Positions 1 to 7,761 of a stretch of 24,000 nucleotides of DNA are shown here, piece by piece. Positions within the stretch are counted from its first letter, which is position 1. The number at the start of each line of letters is the position of its first letter. This DNA comes from Pseudomonas matsuisoli (lineage in GTDB: Bacteria; Pseudomonadota; Gammaproteobacteria; Pseudomonadales; Pseudomonadaceae): assembly GCF_014647635.1 (NCBI RefSeq), contig NZ_BMPO01000006.1:85583-109582 (forward strand). Direction: 5' to 3'. A program made the translations under genes and the position numbers. Under the pieces are notes generated by a model. That model saw nothing but the letters and a program-made list of their open reading frames with translations, searched no databases and was not told where the DNA came from.

Positions 1-24
1 ACACCAATAGAAGGAAACGCGTGC

Positions 25-456
25 ATGAGCTTCATCCAGGAATTCAAAGCCTTTGCCATGAAGGGCAACGTCGTGGATTTGGCCGTCGGGATCATCATCG
101 GCGCCGCGTTCGGCAAGATCGTGTCCTCGTTCGTCGGGGACGTGATCATGCCGCCGCTGGGGCTGCTGATCGGTGGAGTTGACTTCTCGGACCTTGCGAT
201 AACGCTCAAGGCGGCCCAAGGCGATACGCCGGCAGTGCTGCTCTCGTACGGACGCTTCATTCAGACCGTCTTCGATTTCCTGATCGTTGCGTTCGCGATC
301 TTCATGGTCATCAAGGTCATGAATCGTATGCGTCACAAAGAGGAAGCCAAGCCTGCTCCTGCGGCGCCACCTGCGCCAAGCAAAGAGGAAGTGCTATTGG
401 GCGAGATTCGCGACCTGTTGAAGCAACAGAATGAGAATCCACGTCCGCCGCTTTAA
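25..456 (+). CDS. mscL: Large-conductance mechanosensitive channel MscL (143 aa)
   Basis: The translation [46 protein letters not shown]... is the canonical MscL N-terminus and TM1. A GAAGGAA Shine-Dalgarno lies about 8-14 nt upstream. A strong intrinsic terminator follows. Confidence 0.95.
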   Translation: MSFIQEFKAFAMKGNVVDLAVGIIIGAAFGKIVSSFVGDVIMPPLGLLIGGVDFSDLAITLKAAQGDTPAVLLSYGRFIQTVFDFLIVAFAIFMVIKVMNRMRHKEEAKPAPAAPPAPSKEEVLLGEIRDLLKQQNENPRPPL

Positions 457-474
457 GCGATCAAGAAAAGAGAA

Positions 475-503
475 CGGCAGCCTGAAGGCTGCCGTTTTTG
501 TTT
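475..503 (+). terminator. Rho-independent terminator of mscL
   Basis: The stem CGGCAGCC (475-482) pairs with GGCTGCCG (487-494) around the loop TGAA. It is followed by TTTTTGTTTG, 19 nt after the mscL stop. Confidence 0.8.
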
Positions 504-547
504 GCGCGATAACGGATGTTCCACAATGAAGCAGCGTTCAACCAACC

Positions 548-713
548 GTAGACCGGGTGCTCCGATCCCAAGCCGGTCTCCAGAACCAAAGCCGCGGGTT
601 TTCACCCGCCCTACGGAAGCGCCCATACGCCGCCCGTAGACCGGGTGCTAACCCGGATACCCCGATCCCTTGCCAACCTCTGGACAAAAAAGCCGCGGGT
701 TTACCCGCCCTAC
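548..713. repeat. REP family 2 cluster: four GTAG-headed palindromic units forming two tandem composite repeats
   Basis: GTAGACCGGGTGC... units start at 548 and 636 (forward). AAAGCCGCGGGTTT(T)CACCCGCCCTAC units lie at 588-613 and about 688-713 (reverse). Both composite copies end in CCCTACGGAAGC, with a period of about 88-100 bp. Related units recur at 14840-14951 and 22038-22220. Confidence 0.75.
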
Positions 714-790
714 GGAAGCTATGCCTAACATCGTGGCTAGCGCCCTAGGGGAACTCAACGGGAAGCAGTACCCTCCCGTCCGCTCCGATA

Positions 791-2365
791 TCAAGCCGTT
801 ACTGGACTTCCATCCTGATCGTTGCGTCGCATCAACAAGCGCGTAATACGGCGTTCCTTCACCTCGGTCACGGTCAGCGTCCAGCCCGCGAACTCCACGC
901 TGTCACCGATCACGGGCAGCCGGTCGAGCTGGTGCATCGCAAGTCCGCCCAGGGTTTGATAGTCCTCGCTGGCCTGCGCATTGAAGCCGAGCCGCTCACG
1001 TAGCGCAGCCAAGTTGATCGCGCCGCTGACCTGATAGCCCTGTGCCTGGGACTCGATGTCCGGCCCTTCCATTTCGCTGGCGTCCGGTAGCTCACCAGCG
1101 ATGGATTCCAGGATGTCGGTCAAGGTCAAAAGTCCTTCGAAATTACCGAACTCGTTGACCACGAATGCAACGTGGGTGGACGCCTTGCGCATTTGCTCCA
1201 ATGCACTGAGCACCGTACAGCTATCCGGCAAATTCACCGGAGCACGCACCAACTGCTCGATGTCCGGCTCCAGGCCGCTCAGCATCTCACGCAGCATTTC
1301 CTTCTTGTGCACGTAGCCGAGCGGTTCATCGATCGACGAGCCCCGCGAGACCACGAGACGCGAATGGGGCGATTCGAGCAGCGCCTGTCGAACCTCATCC
1401 AGCGGTGCATCCAGATTGATGTGGTCGACCTCCATGCGATCGGTCATGACCCGTTCGATGGACAACTCGGCGAGCCGGAGTACCCCGCTGATCATGACGC
1501 GCTCTTGGCGTTCGAACAGCGCGACGTCGCCCGTATTCTTGCCCACCATATCCGCAATATCGTCGTCGACCTCGCCCTCATGGGTGCGCCCGCCAAGCAG
1601 GCGCATCACCGCATGCGCCGTGCGATCGCGCATGCTGTGTTCACCCTGGAGATGACGCTTACGTCGCCAGCGCGCAACCTGGTTGAAGATCTCGATAAGC
1701 AACGAGAACCCAATCGCCGCGTACAGATACCCCTTCGGAATATGGAAGCCCAGACCTTCGGCCGTAAGGCTGAAGCCGATCATCATCAAAAAGCCCAGGC
1801 AGAGCATGATGACCGTGGGATGCGCGATGACGAACGCAGTCAGCGGCTTGCTCGCGACCATCATGAGCGCCATGGAGATCACCACGGCGATCATCATGAC
1901 TTCCAGATGCTCCACCATGCCGACGGCGGTGATGACCGCATCCAGCGAGAACACGGCATCCAACACGATGATCTGCGCGACCACCGGCCAGAACGCGGCA
2001 TAGACCCGGTTCGTCTGGTGCGTCTGCATTCGCCCTTCCAGGCGCTCGTGCAGCTCCATCGTCGCTTTGAACAGGAGGAACACACCACCCAAGAGCATGA
2101 TCAGATCACGGCCGGAGAACGCCTTGCCGAATACCTCGAACAACGGCTGTGTCAGCGTGACCAACCAGGCGATGCTCGCCAGTAGGCCCAGGCGCATGAG
2201 CAGCGCCAGCGATAGACCAATGATGCGTGCCTTGTCGCGCTGATGCGGCGGCAGCTTGTCCGCCAAGATGGCGATGAACACGAGGTTGTCGATACCGAGC
2301 ACGAGCTCCAGCACGATAAGGGTAAATAGGCCCAGCCAGGCCGTAGGATCAGCGAGCCACTCCAT
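791..2365 (-). CDS. yoaE: TerC-family integral membrane protein with C-terminal CBS pair and CorC/HlyC domain (YoaE-like, 524 aa)
   Basis: The N-terminus [62 protein letters not shown] closely resembles E. coli YoaE as I recall it. The length and the layout of an N-terminal membrane part plus a C-terminal CBS/CorC part both fit. Confidence 0.9.
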   Translation of the reverse strand: MEWLADPTAWLGLFTLIVLELVLGIDNLVFIAILADKLPPHQRDKARIIGLSLALLMRLGLLASIAWLVTLTQPLFEVFGKAFSGRDLIMLLGGVFLLFKATMELHERLEGRMQTHQTNRVYAAFWPVVAQIIVLDAVFSLDAVITAVGMVEHLEVMMIAVVISMALMMVASKPLTAFVIAHPTVIMLCLGFLMMIGFSLTAEGLGFHIPKGYLYAAIGFSLLIEIFNQVARWRRKRHLQGEHSMRDRTAHAVMRLLGGRTHEGEVDDDIADMVGKNTGDVALFERQERVMISGVLRLAELSIERVMTDRMEVDHINLDAPLDEVRQALLESPHSRLVVSRGSSIDEPLGYVHKKEMLREMLSGLEPDIEQLVRAPVNLPDSCTVLSALEQMRKASTHVAFVVNEFGNFEGLLTLTDILESIAGELPDASEMEGPDIESQAQGYQVSGAINLAALRERLGFNAQASEDYQTLGGLAMHQLDRLPVIGDSVEFAGWTLTVTEVKERRITRLLMRRNDQDGSPVTA

Positions 2366-2599
2366 CAGCGGGCCTCAAGAAGACGTTGGGAGAAAGTGCG
2401 GGAGAACGAAACACTGCGCAGGGGCGCAGACGTGTCCGTTATCGGACGGGGGCGTGTTGCGGTGCGACCGGAAGGGTCTGGAGGAGTCTCTGCCGCGCTC
2501 GTCTGAAGCGAGAGCGGCCGCCTACTGTCACTGTTCATGCAGCTCATTCTGGTAAGAAAGGAACGCTCATCCTATGCGATCCGTTCAGCCGCTGTTCAA
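2366..2599 (-). promoter_or_regulatory. Long structured 5' leader of the yoaE-like gene, with a candidate sigma70 promoter
   Basis: On the minus strand, TTGAAC (2599-2594) is separated by about 18 nt from ATAGGAT (2574-2568) and preceded by an A/T-rich stretch. About 200 nt of leader follows with three GC hairpins (plus-strand coordinates 2491-2517, 2433-2446, 2413-2428). The last hairpin is followed by UGUUUCGUUCUC. No transcript data are available. Confidence 0.3.
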
Positions 2600-2789
2600 T
2601 TAAAAAAGATTTCCAAAGATGAATGGCGTATGTCGGGCGGGTTTGCGACGTAGAGAGCTGGAAGGTGCAAAAGCTAGGCAGGTTGGAAAATAGCCGAAAG
2701 ATAGGCTCCTGTTTTCAAGCATGGTGAGCGCGCTTATCAAATAGATAGGGCTTGTTATGAGATACCGAATCTCTGCGCTGGCGTGGCTT

Positions 2790-2898
2790 CTGTAGGAGCG
2801 GGCTTGCCCGCGAATACGGCGGCAGGAGCAACTTAATCTTTATGGCTGACTATCGCTTTCGCGGGCAAGCTGATCGCAGCCCGGCCCGCTCCTACAGG
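2790..2898. repeat. REP family 1 inverted pair (REPIN-like): short forward unit plus long reverse unit
   Basis: The forward unit is CTGTAGGAGCGGGCTTGCCCGCGAA at 2790-2814. The reverse complement of 2858-2898 is CCTGTAGGAGCGGGC-CGGGCTGCGATCAGC-TTGCCCGCGAA. The same family occurs at 7762-8107 and 16210-16293. Confidence 0.85.
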
Positions 2899-2938
2899 AA
2901 GTTTAGGCCTGCGACACAATCGCGCCGCAGGAAAGACC

Positions 2939-3715
2939 CTACCAATAATTCTCCACCGCCACCTGCCCTGGCTTGCGCGTCAATGCCAGACTCATGCCTT
3001 TGGTTTTAAGCACTGCTCGCGTGTCCTCGATCATCTGCGGATTACCACACAGCATGATCCGCGAGTGCTCGGGTTCGAGCGCGATACCGGCAGCACGCTC
3101 GAGTTCGCCATTCTCGATGAGCGTGGTGACGCGCGCATTCAGAGCGCCCGGCACCTGTTCGCGCGTCACCACGGGCACGTAGGTGAATTTGGCTCCTGCG
3201 CCCTCCAGCCATTCACGCTCGGGGATGTCCTTGATCAACTCCTGGTAGGCAAACTCACTGGCCTCCCGTGCGCTGTAGACGAGCACGATCCGCTCGAACC
3301 GTTCCCACACGTCGAGCCCCTGCAAGATGGAAAGAAACGGTGCCAGCCCGGTGCCCGTCCCGATGAGCCAAAGGTCTCGTCCATCGGGGAAGCGATCCAG
3401 CGTCAGGAAGCCGAACGCGGTCTTGTCCACCAAGAGTTCATCCCCCACCTTCAGACGCCGCAACTCGCTGGTGAATTCTCCGTCCGGCACAACGATCGAG
3501 AAGAATTCCAAGTATTCATCGTGTGGTGACGACACCATGGAGTACGCGCGCCAGACCACGCTGCCGTCCGCCTTCGTCACCCCCAACCGGGCAAACTGAC
3601 CCGCGGTGAAGCGATAGCCGGCATCTCGCGTGGTCCGTAACGTAAACAGGTTAGGCGTCAGCGTGTGTACCTCGGTCAAGGTCTGGCGGGTGAACTTCTC
3701 GTCGCTGGCGCTCAT
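2939..3715 (-). CDS. fpr: Ferredoxin-NADP+ reductase, bacterial subclass II (E. coli Fpr / Pseudomonas FprB type, 258 aa)
   Basis: The protein has the FNR-like fold signatures RAYSMVSSP and LWLIGTGTGLAPFLS. It ends in the C-terminal ...VENYW (terminal Tyr-Trp) typical of subclass II. An AGGAGA Shine-Dalgarno lies upstream on the minus strand. Confidence 0.92.
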   Translation of the reverse strand: MSASDEKFTRQTLTEVHTLTPNLFTLRTTRDAGYRFTAGQFARLGVTKADGSVVWRAYSMVSSPHDEYLEFFSIVVPDGEFTSELRRLKVGDELLVDKTAFGFLTLDRFPDGRDLWLIGTGTGLAPFLSILQGLDVWERFERIVLVYSAREASEFAYQELIKDIPEREWLEGAGAKFTYVPVVTREQVPGALNARVTTLIENGELERAAGIALEPEHSRIMLCGNPQMIEDTRAVLKTKGMSLALTRKPGQVAVENYW

Positions 3716-3854
3716 GCGGGTCTCCTGTGCTTGGGAACGGCAGTGTCGCGCAAAACGCAGCGCCTAAACACCGACGTTGCACGAGGGATTTTCATTCGAC
3801 TTGAGCGCATAGGTCGGTGCGTGGAGAATGCTCGCCTGCTGCCTTGGAATGCCC

Positions 3855-4979
3855 ATGCCTCTTCTCGATACCCCTTTCGCTCAGCTCGATCTCGTCCGCC
3901 AGCCCCCGCGCCGCGACGATCCCCTTCAGGCCTTCGATGCGGCCGACGAATACCTGCTCAATGCAACGCACGAAGCGGGCATCGCCAACCACGCTCGCGT
4001 ACTGGTGCTGAACGACACCTTCGGCGCCCTGTCCATCAGCCTTGCACAGCATGCCGTAGTGAGCAGCAGTGGCGATTCCTATCTCGGCGCGCTTGGCTTG
4101 CGCGACAACCTCAAGCGCAATGGTTTACCGGAGGACAGCGTTCGCTTCTCGCCGGCCAGCGAACACATCGTCGGCCCCTTCGACACCGTCTTGATCCGTA
4201 TCCCGAAGACGTTGGCATTACTGGAAGAGCAACTCATCCGACTGCAAGGTCAACTGGCGCCCGGCGCCAAGGTCATCGCCGGCGGTATGATCAAGCACCT
4301 CCCTCGGGCCGCGGGTGAATTGCTGGAACGCTATATCGGTGATGTGCACGCATCTCTGGCCGTGAAGAAAGCTCGTTTGCTCCACGTCACCGTGGGCGAG
4401 CGCCCCCCGGCGGTATCGCCTTACCCCAGTCGATACCGCCTCGAACATCCCGCCATCGAATTGCTCAACCACGCCAACGTGTTCTGCCGGGAGGGGCTGG
4501 ATATTGGCACGCGTGCGTTTCTGCCGCACTTGCCGGGCGGGCTTGGCAATGCGCGCGTGGCCGATCTGGGCTGCGGTAACGGGGTGTTGGCCATTGCCAG
4601 CGCGCTCGCCAATCCGGATGCGCAGTACACGCTGGTCGACGAATCCTATATGGCAGTGCAGTCCGCCGCCGAAAACTGGCGAGCCACCCTTGGTGAGCGA
4701 CCGGTCACGGTGCGTGCTGCGGACGGACTCGCGGGCCAGCCGGAAAACGCCCTGGATGTCGTGCTGTGCAATCCGCCGTTCCACCAACAACAGGTCGTCG
4801 GTGACTTCATCGCCTGGCGCATGTTCCAGCAAGCTCGTGACGCACTGGTCGCGGGCGGATCGCTGTGGATCGTCGGCAACCGCCATCTGGGCTATCACGC
4901 CAAGTTGAAAAAATTGTTCCGGGGCGTCGAACAGATCGCGGCCACGCCCAAATTCGTGGTGCTGAAAGCGCGTAAGTAA
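3855..4979 (+). CDS. rlmG: 23S rRNA (guanine1835-N2)-methyltransferase RlmG (374 aa)
   Basis: The protein aligns end to end with E. coli RlmG (YgjO) as I recall it. Shared elements include PLQAFDAADEYLL, IRIPKTLALLEEQL, HANVFCREGLDIGTR, DLGCGNGVL and the NPPFH catalytic motif. I chose the start at 3855 (MPLLDTPF...) because it matches the E. coli N-terminus spacing. The ORF track starts 27 nt earlier, at 3828. Confidence 0.9.
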   Translation: MPLLDTPFAQLDLVRQPPRRDDPLQAFDAADEYLLNATHEAGIANHARVLVLNDTFGALSISLAQHAVVSSSGDSYLGALGLRDNLKRNGLPEDSVRFSPASEHIVGPFDTVLIRIPKTLALLEEQLIRLQGQLAPGAKVIAGGMIKHLPRAAGELLERYIGDVHASLAVKKARLLHVTVGERPPAVSPYPSRYRLEHPAIELLNHANVFCREGLDIGTRAFLPHLPGGLGNARVADLGCGNGVLAIASALANPDAQYTLVDESYMAVQSAAENWRATLGERPVTVRAADGLAGQPENALDVVLCNPPFHQQQVVGDFIAWRMFQQARDALVAGGSLWIVGNRHLGYHAKLKKLFRGVEQIAATPKFVVLKARK

Positions 4980-5139
4980 GCCACTGCGGATGACCCTCGG
5001 GCCGCTCATCGCCCGGCGCCCCACTGCTGCGGAACGATGCGAACTCCCAAGCGCACATAACGGCCCAATTCTCGAGCTGCGACATGTTGCCTAATGCGAC
5101 AGTGCGCCCACTGGGCATGCTCGAAAGAGAGGCGCAGCA

Positions 5140-5153
5140 TTGATGCAGATCAA
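5140..5153 (+). promoter_or_regulatory. Perfect Anr/FNR box TTGAT-N4-ATCAA upstream of cioA
   Basis: The sequence TTGATGCAGATCAA at 5140-5153 matches the FNR/Anr consensus exactly. It ends 18 nt before the cioA ATG and sits immediately upstream of the GAGGA Shine-Dalgarno. Confidence 0.6.
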
Positions 5154-5171
5154 CATCACGAGGATGGATCA

Positions 5172-6614
5172 ATGTTCGGCCTCGATGCCTTGGAGCTGGC
5201 CCGCGCTCAGTTCGCCTTCACGGTTTCCTTTCATATCGTCTTCCCCGCCATCAGCATCGGGCTTGCCAGCTACCTGGCCGTGCTCGAAGGGCTTTGGCTA
5301 AAAACGGGACGTGATGTTTACCTCAACCTCTACCGCTTCTGGCTGCAGATCTTCGCCGTAGCCTTCGGCATGGGCGTCGTGTCCGGCGTGGTGATGAGTT
5401 ACCAGTTCGGCACGAACTGGGCAGGCCTATCGAATGCAGCCGGCAGCATCATGGGGCCGCTGCTAACCTACGAAGTGCTGACCGCGTTTTTTCTCGAAGC
5501 GGGTTTTCTCGGCATCATGCTATTCGGCATGAACAAGGTGGGCAAAGGGCTGCACTTCTTCGCTACCCTGATGGTGGCCATCGGCACGCTCATATCCACC
5601 TTCTGGATCCTTTCCTCCAACAGTTGGATGCACACCCCGCAGGGCTACGAGCTGGTGGATGGCGTGTTCTACCCCGCCGATTGGTGGGCCATCGTCTTCA
5701 ACCCGTCCTTCCCCTATCGCCTGGCGCACATGGCGATGGCCGCCTTCGTCAGCGTCGCCTTCATCGTCGGCGCCACCGGTGCCTGGCACCTGCTCAAGGG
5801 GCGCCGCAGCGCGGAAGTCAAAACGATGTTTTCCATGGCAATGTGGATGGCGCTGCTGGCGGCACCGACCCAAGCCGTCATCGGCGACGCGCACGGGCTG
5901 AACACGATGGAGCACCAGCCCGCGAAGATCGCGGCCATGGAAGGGCACTGGGACACGGAACGCGGCGTGGATCTCTTGCTGTTCGGCATCCCCGACATGC
6001 AGGCCGAAACGACGCACTACGCCATTGGCATCCCCCGGCTCGCCAGCCTGATTCTCACCCACGACCTCGATGGCGAAATCAAAGGCCTCAAGGAATGGGC
6101 CCCGGAAGATCGTCCGAATTCCACGATCGTGTTCTGGAGTTTCCGGCTGATGGTCGGCCTTGGTCTGCTCATGGTGCTGACAGGCTTGATCAGCGCCTGG
6201 CTACGCCTACGGGGACAGCTATACGACGCCCGCCTGTTCCATCGAATGGCGTTGATCATGGGGCCGTCCGGGTTGATCGCCGTGCTCGCCGGCTGGGTCA
6301 CGACGGAAGTCGGACGCCAGCCCTGGGTAGTCTATGGCCTGCTCCGCACGGCCGATGCCGACTCGGGGCACAGCGCAACCCAGGTCGGCACCACCTTCGC
6401 GCTGTTCGTTATCGTGTACTTCCTGGTCTTCGGCGTCGGCATCACGTACCTGCTGCGCATGATGCGCAAAGGACCGAAGCTCAAAGCGGTGGAACATCAG
6501 ACGGATATAGAAGGTGGGCCAGGCCGCGCGCGTACGCCGTCGCGCCCCCTGTCCGGCGCCAGTGAGTCGGATGACCGAGCTGACAGCGACGAGGGAGACC
6601 GCCATGAACATTGA
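5172..6614 (+). CDS. cioA: Cyanide-insensitive cytochrome bd-type quinol oxidase subunit I (CioA, 480 aa)
   Basis: MFGLDALELARAQFAFTVSFHIVFPAISIGLASYLAVLEGLWLKT... matches Pseudomonas CioA. The short Q-loop length class fits CIO (about 480 aa versus about 520 aa for CydA). A GAGGA Shine-Dalgarno lies at 5160-5164. The 26 codons upstream in the ORF track are probably not translated. Confidence 0.93.
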   Translation: MFGLDALELARAQFAFTVSFHIVFPAISIGLASYLAVLEGLWLKTGRDVYLNLYRFWLQIFAVAFGMGVVSGVVMSYQFGTNWAGLSNAAGSIMGPLLTYEVLTAFFLEAGFLGIMLFGMNKVGKGLHFFATLMVAIGTLISTFWILSSNSWMHTPQGYELVDGVFYPADWWAIVFNPSFPYRLAHMAMAAFVSVAFIVGATGAWHLLKGRRSAEVKTMFSMAMWMALLAAPTQAVIGDAHGLNTMEHQPAKIAAMEGHWDTERGVDLLLFGIPDMQAETTHYAIGIPRLASLILTHDLDGEIKGLKEWAPEDRPNSTIVFWSFRLMVGLGLLMVLTGLISAWLRLRGQLYDARLFHRMALIMGPSGLIAVLAGWVTTEVGRQPWVVYGLLRTADADSGHSATQVGTTFALFVIVYFLVFGVGITYLLRMMRKGPKLKAVEHQTDIEGGPGRARTPSRPLSGASESDDRADSDEGDRHEH

Positions 6615-7608
6615 TATCCCGCTGATCTGGGCCGGCGTGATCGCGTTCGGTATCTTCATGTATGTGGTCATGGACGGGTTCGATCTAGGCATCGGCATCC
6701 TTTTCCCGTTCTTCAAGGAACGGGACAAACGTGACCTGATGATGAACAGTGTCGCGCCCATCTGGGACGGCAACGAAACCTGGCTGGTACTCGGCGGCGC
6801 CGGATTGTTCGCCGCCTTTCCCCTCGCCTATGGGGTCGTGCTGTCGGCGCTGTATCTGCCGTTGATCCTGATGTTGCTGGCGCTGATATTCCGGGGCGTG
6901 GCGTTTGAGTTCCGCTTCAAATCCAAGCGTTCGAGGCCGGTCTGGGACCTCTCGTTCATCTTCGGCTCGCTGGTCGCCACGTTTTTCCAGGGCGTCGTGT
7001 TGGGCGCCTACATCAATGGCTTTCCTGTCGAGAACCGTGCCTTCGCGGGTGGGCCGTTCGACTGGCTTGCACCGTTTCCCTTGTTCTGCGGCGTCGCGCT
7101 GGTCGTGGGTTACGCGATGTTGGGCTGCGGCTGGCTGATCATGAAGACCGAGGGTGAGTTGCAGGACAAAATGTTCAAGCTCATGCCACCGCTAACGATC
7201 GCGCTGGGTGCCTGCATCGCCATCGTCAGTCTATGGACGCCGCTCGCCCACGAGGCCATTGCGTCGCGCTGGTTCGATCTGCCCAACCTGCTGTACTTCT
7301 CGCCGGTCCCCATTCTGGTGCTCGCCAGTCTGGCCGCCCTGCTGCGCTCGGTCCGCCTGAAAAAGGACAACCAGCCGTTCCTGCTCACCCTGGCGCTCAT
7401 CTTCCTGGCCTATACCGGACTGGCCATCAGCCTCTGGCCAAACATTATCCCACCCGCCATCAGCTTCACCGCCGCCTCAGCGCCCGAATCGAGCCAGAAA
7501 TTCGCATTGGTCGGCGTCGTCGTCATGGTGCCGATCATCTTGATGTACACGGTGTACGGATACTTCGTGTTCCGCGGCAAGATGAAACTGGGCGAGGGCT
7601 ACCACTGA
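6604..7608 (+). CDS. cioB: Cyanide-insensitive cytochrome bd-type quinol oxidase subunit II (CioB, 334 aa)
   Basis: MNIDIPLIWAGVIAFGIFMYVVMDGFDLGIGILFPF... is a typical CydB/CioB N-terminus. The ATG at 6604 is preceded by GAGGGAGA and overlaps the cioA stop by 11 nt. The ORF-track start at 6514 lies inside cioA. Confidence 0.93.
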   Translation: MNIDIPLIWAGVIAFGIFMYVVMDGFDLGIGILFPFFKERDKRDLMMNSVAPIWDGNETWLVLGGAGLFAAFPLAYGVVLSALYLPLILMLLALIFRGVAFEFRFKSKRSRPVWDLSFIFGSLVATFFQGVVLGAYINGFPVENRAFAGGPFDWLAPFPLFCGVALVVGYAMLGCGWLIMKTEGELQDKMFKLMPPLTIALGACIAIVSLWTPLAHEAIASRWFDLPNLLYFSPVPILVLASLAALLRSVRLKKDNQPFLLTLALIFLAYTGLAISLWPNIIPPAISFTAASAPESSQKFALVGVVVMVPIILMYTVYGYFVFRGKMKLGEGYH

Positions 7609-7718
7609 TGCAACGTCCTCTCTGGAAACGCCTTGCGTGGTTCGTCGGCCTCTGGCTGGGCGGGGTGCTCGCGGTGTCAGTGTTGGCGTATGGCATTCGG
7701 TTGATGATGGGGTTGTGA
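7608..7718 (+). CDS. 36-aa single-TM microprotein translationally coupled to cioB (DUF2474-like)
   Basis: The ATG overlaps the cioB stop as TGATG (7606-7610). The product is MQRPLWKRLAWFVGLWLGGVLAVSVLAYGIRLMMGL, a basic N-terminus followed by one hydrophobic helix. It is hidden inside the 161-aa ORF 7233..7718. It resembles the small DUF2474 proteins annotated after cioB in pseudomonads, as I recall them. Confidence 0.7.
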   Translation: MQRPLWKRLAWFVGLWLGGVLAVSVLAYGIRLMMGL

Positions 7719-7761
7719 GGTTGGGCGTAGGTGATGAGCAGGCCAGTGTTACGACGCAGCA

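Noticed and set aside
557-748. 63-aa ORF between mscL and the yoaE-like gene
   Set aside because: It is composed entirely of REP family 2 units, has no Shine-Dalgarno sequence, and its product is repetitive. It is a by-product of the repeats.
1172-2185. Long antisense ORFs overlapping confirmed genes: 1172..2185 (+), 4218..5024 (-), 5624..6565 (+), 8241..9167 (+), 11085..11879 (+), 14370..15176 (-), 18836..19525 (+), 20750..21400 (-)
   Set aside because: Each lies opposite or out of frame to a gene with strong family-level similarity. Their products are Arg/His/Asp/Gly-rich and low-complexity, with no motifs. Long stop-free shadow frames are expected at this GC content.
2365-2547. 60-aa uORF as a genuine protein-coding gene
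   Set aside because: It has no Shine-Dalgarno sequence. Third-position GC is only about 65%, and it uses rare AGG and ATA codons, unlike neighbouring genes. I keep it only as a possible regulatory feature in the leader finding.
2366-2560. yybP-ykoY (Mn2+) riboswitch upstream of the TerC-family gene
   Set aside because: Only loose resemblances to the conserved GGGGAGUAG and GCAAGACC elements are present. The intervening sequence forms one hairpin rather than the expected four-helix architecture. This cannot be called without a covariance-model search.
2700-2760. Fur-box-like AT-rich segment (CTTATCAAATAGATAGG), or an Rsm-type sRNA, in the lower-GC region upstream of the yoaE-like gene
   Set aside because: The match to the Fur 19-mer is poor. 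There are only two GGA motifs, neither in a convincing hairpin loop, and there is no strong terminator. The evidence is insufficient.
5094-5171. N-terminal extensions in the ORF track (cioA 5094, cioB 6514, MFS 7921, FAD subunit 12805, Yip1 17021, GNAT 20487, dgt 20201, rlmG 3828, eamA 22320)
   Set aside because: Homologue N-termini, Shine-Dalgarno placement and overlaps with neighbouring genes or REP elements all support the internal start codons given in the feature list.
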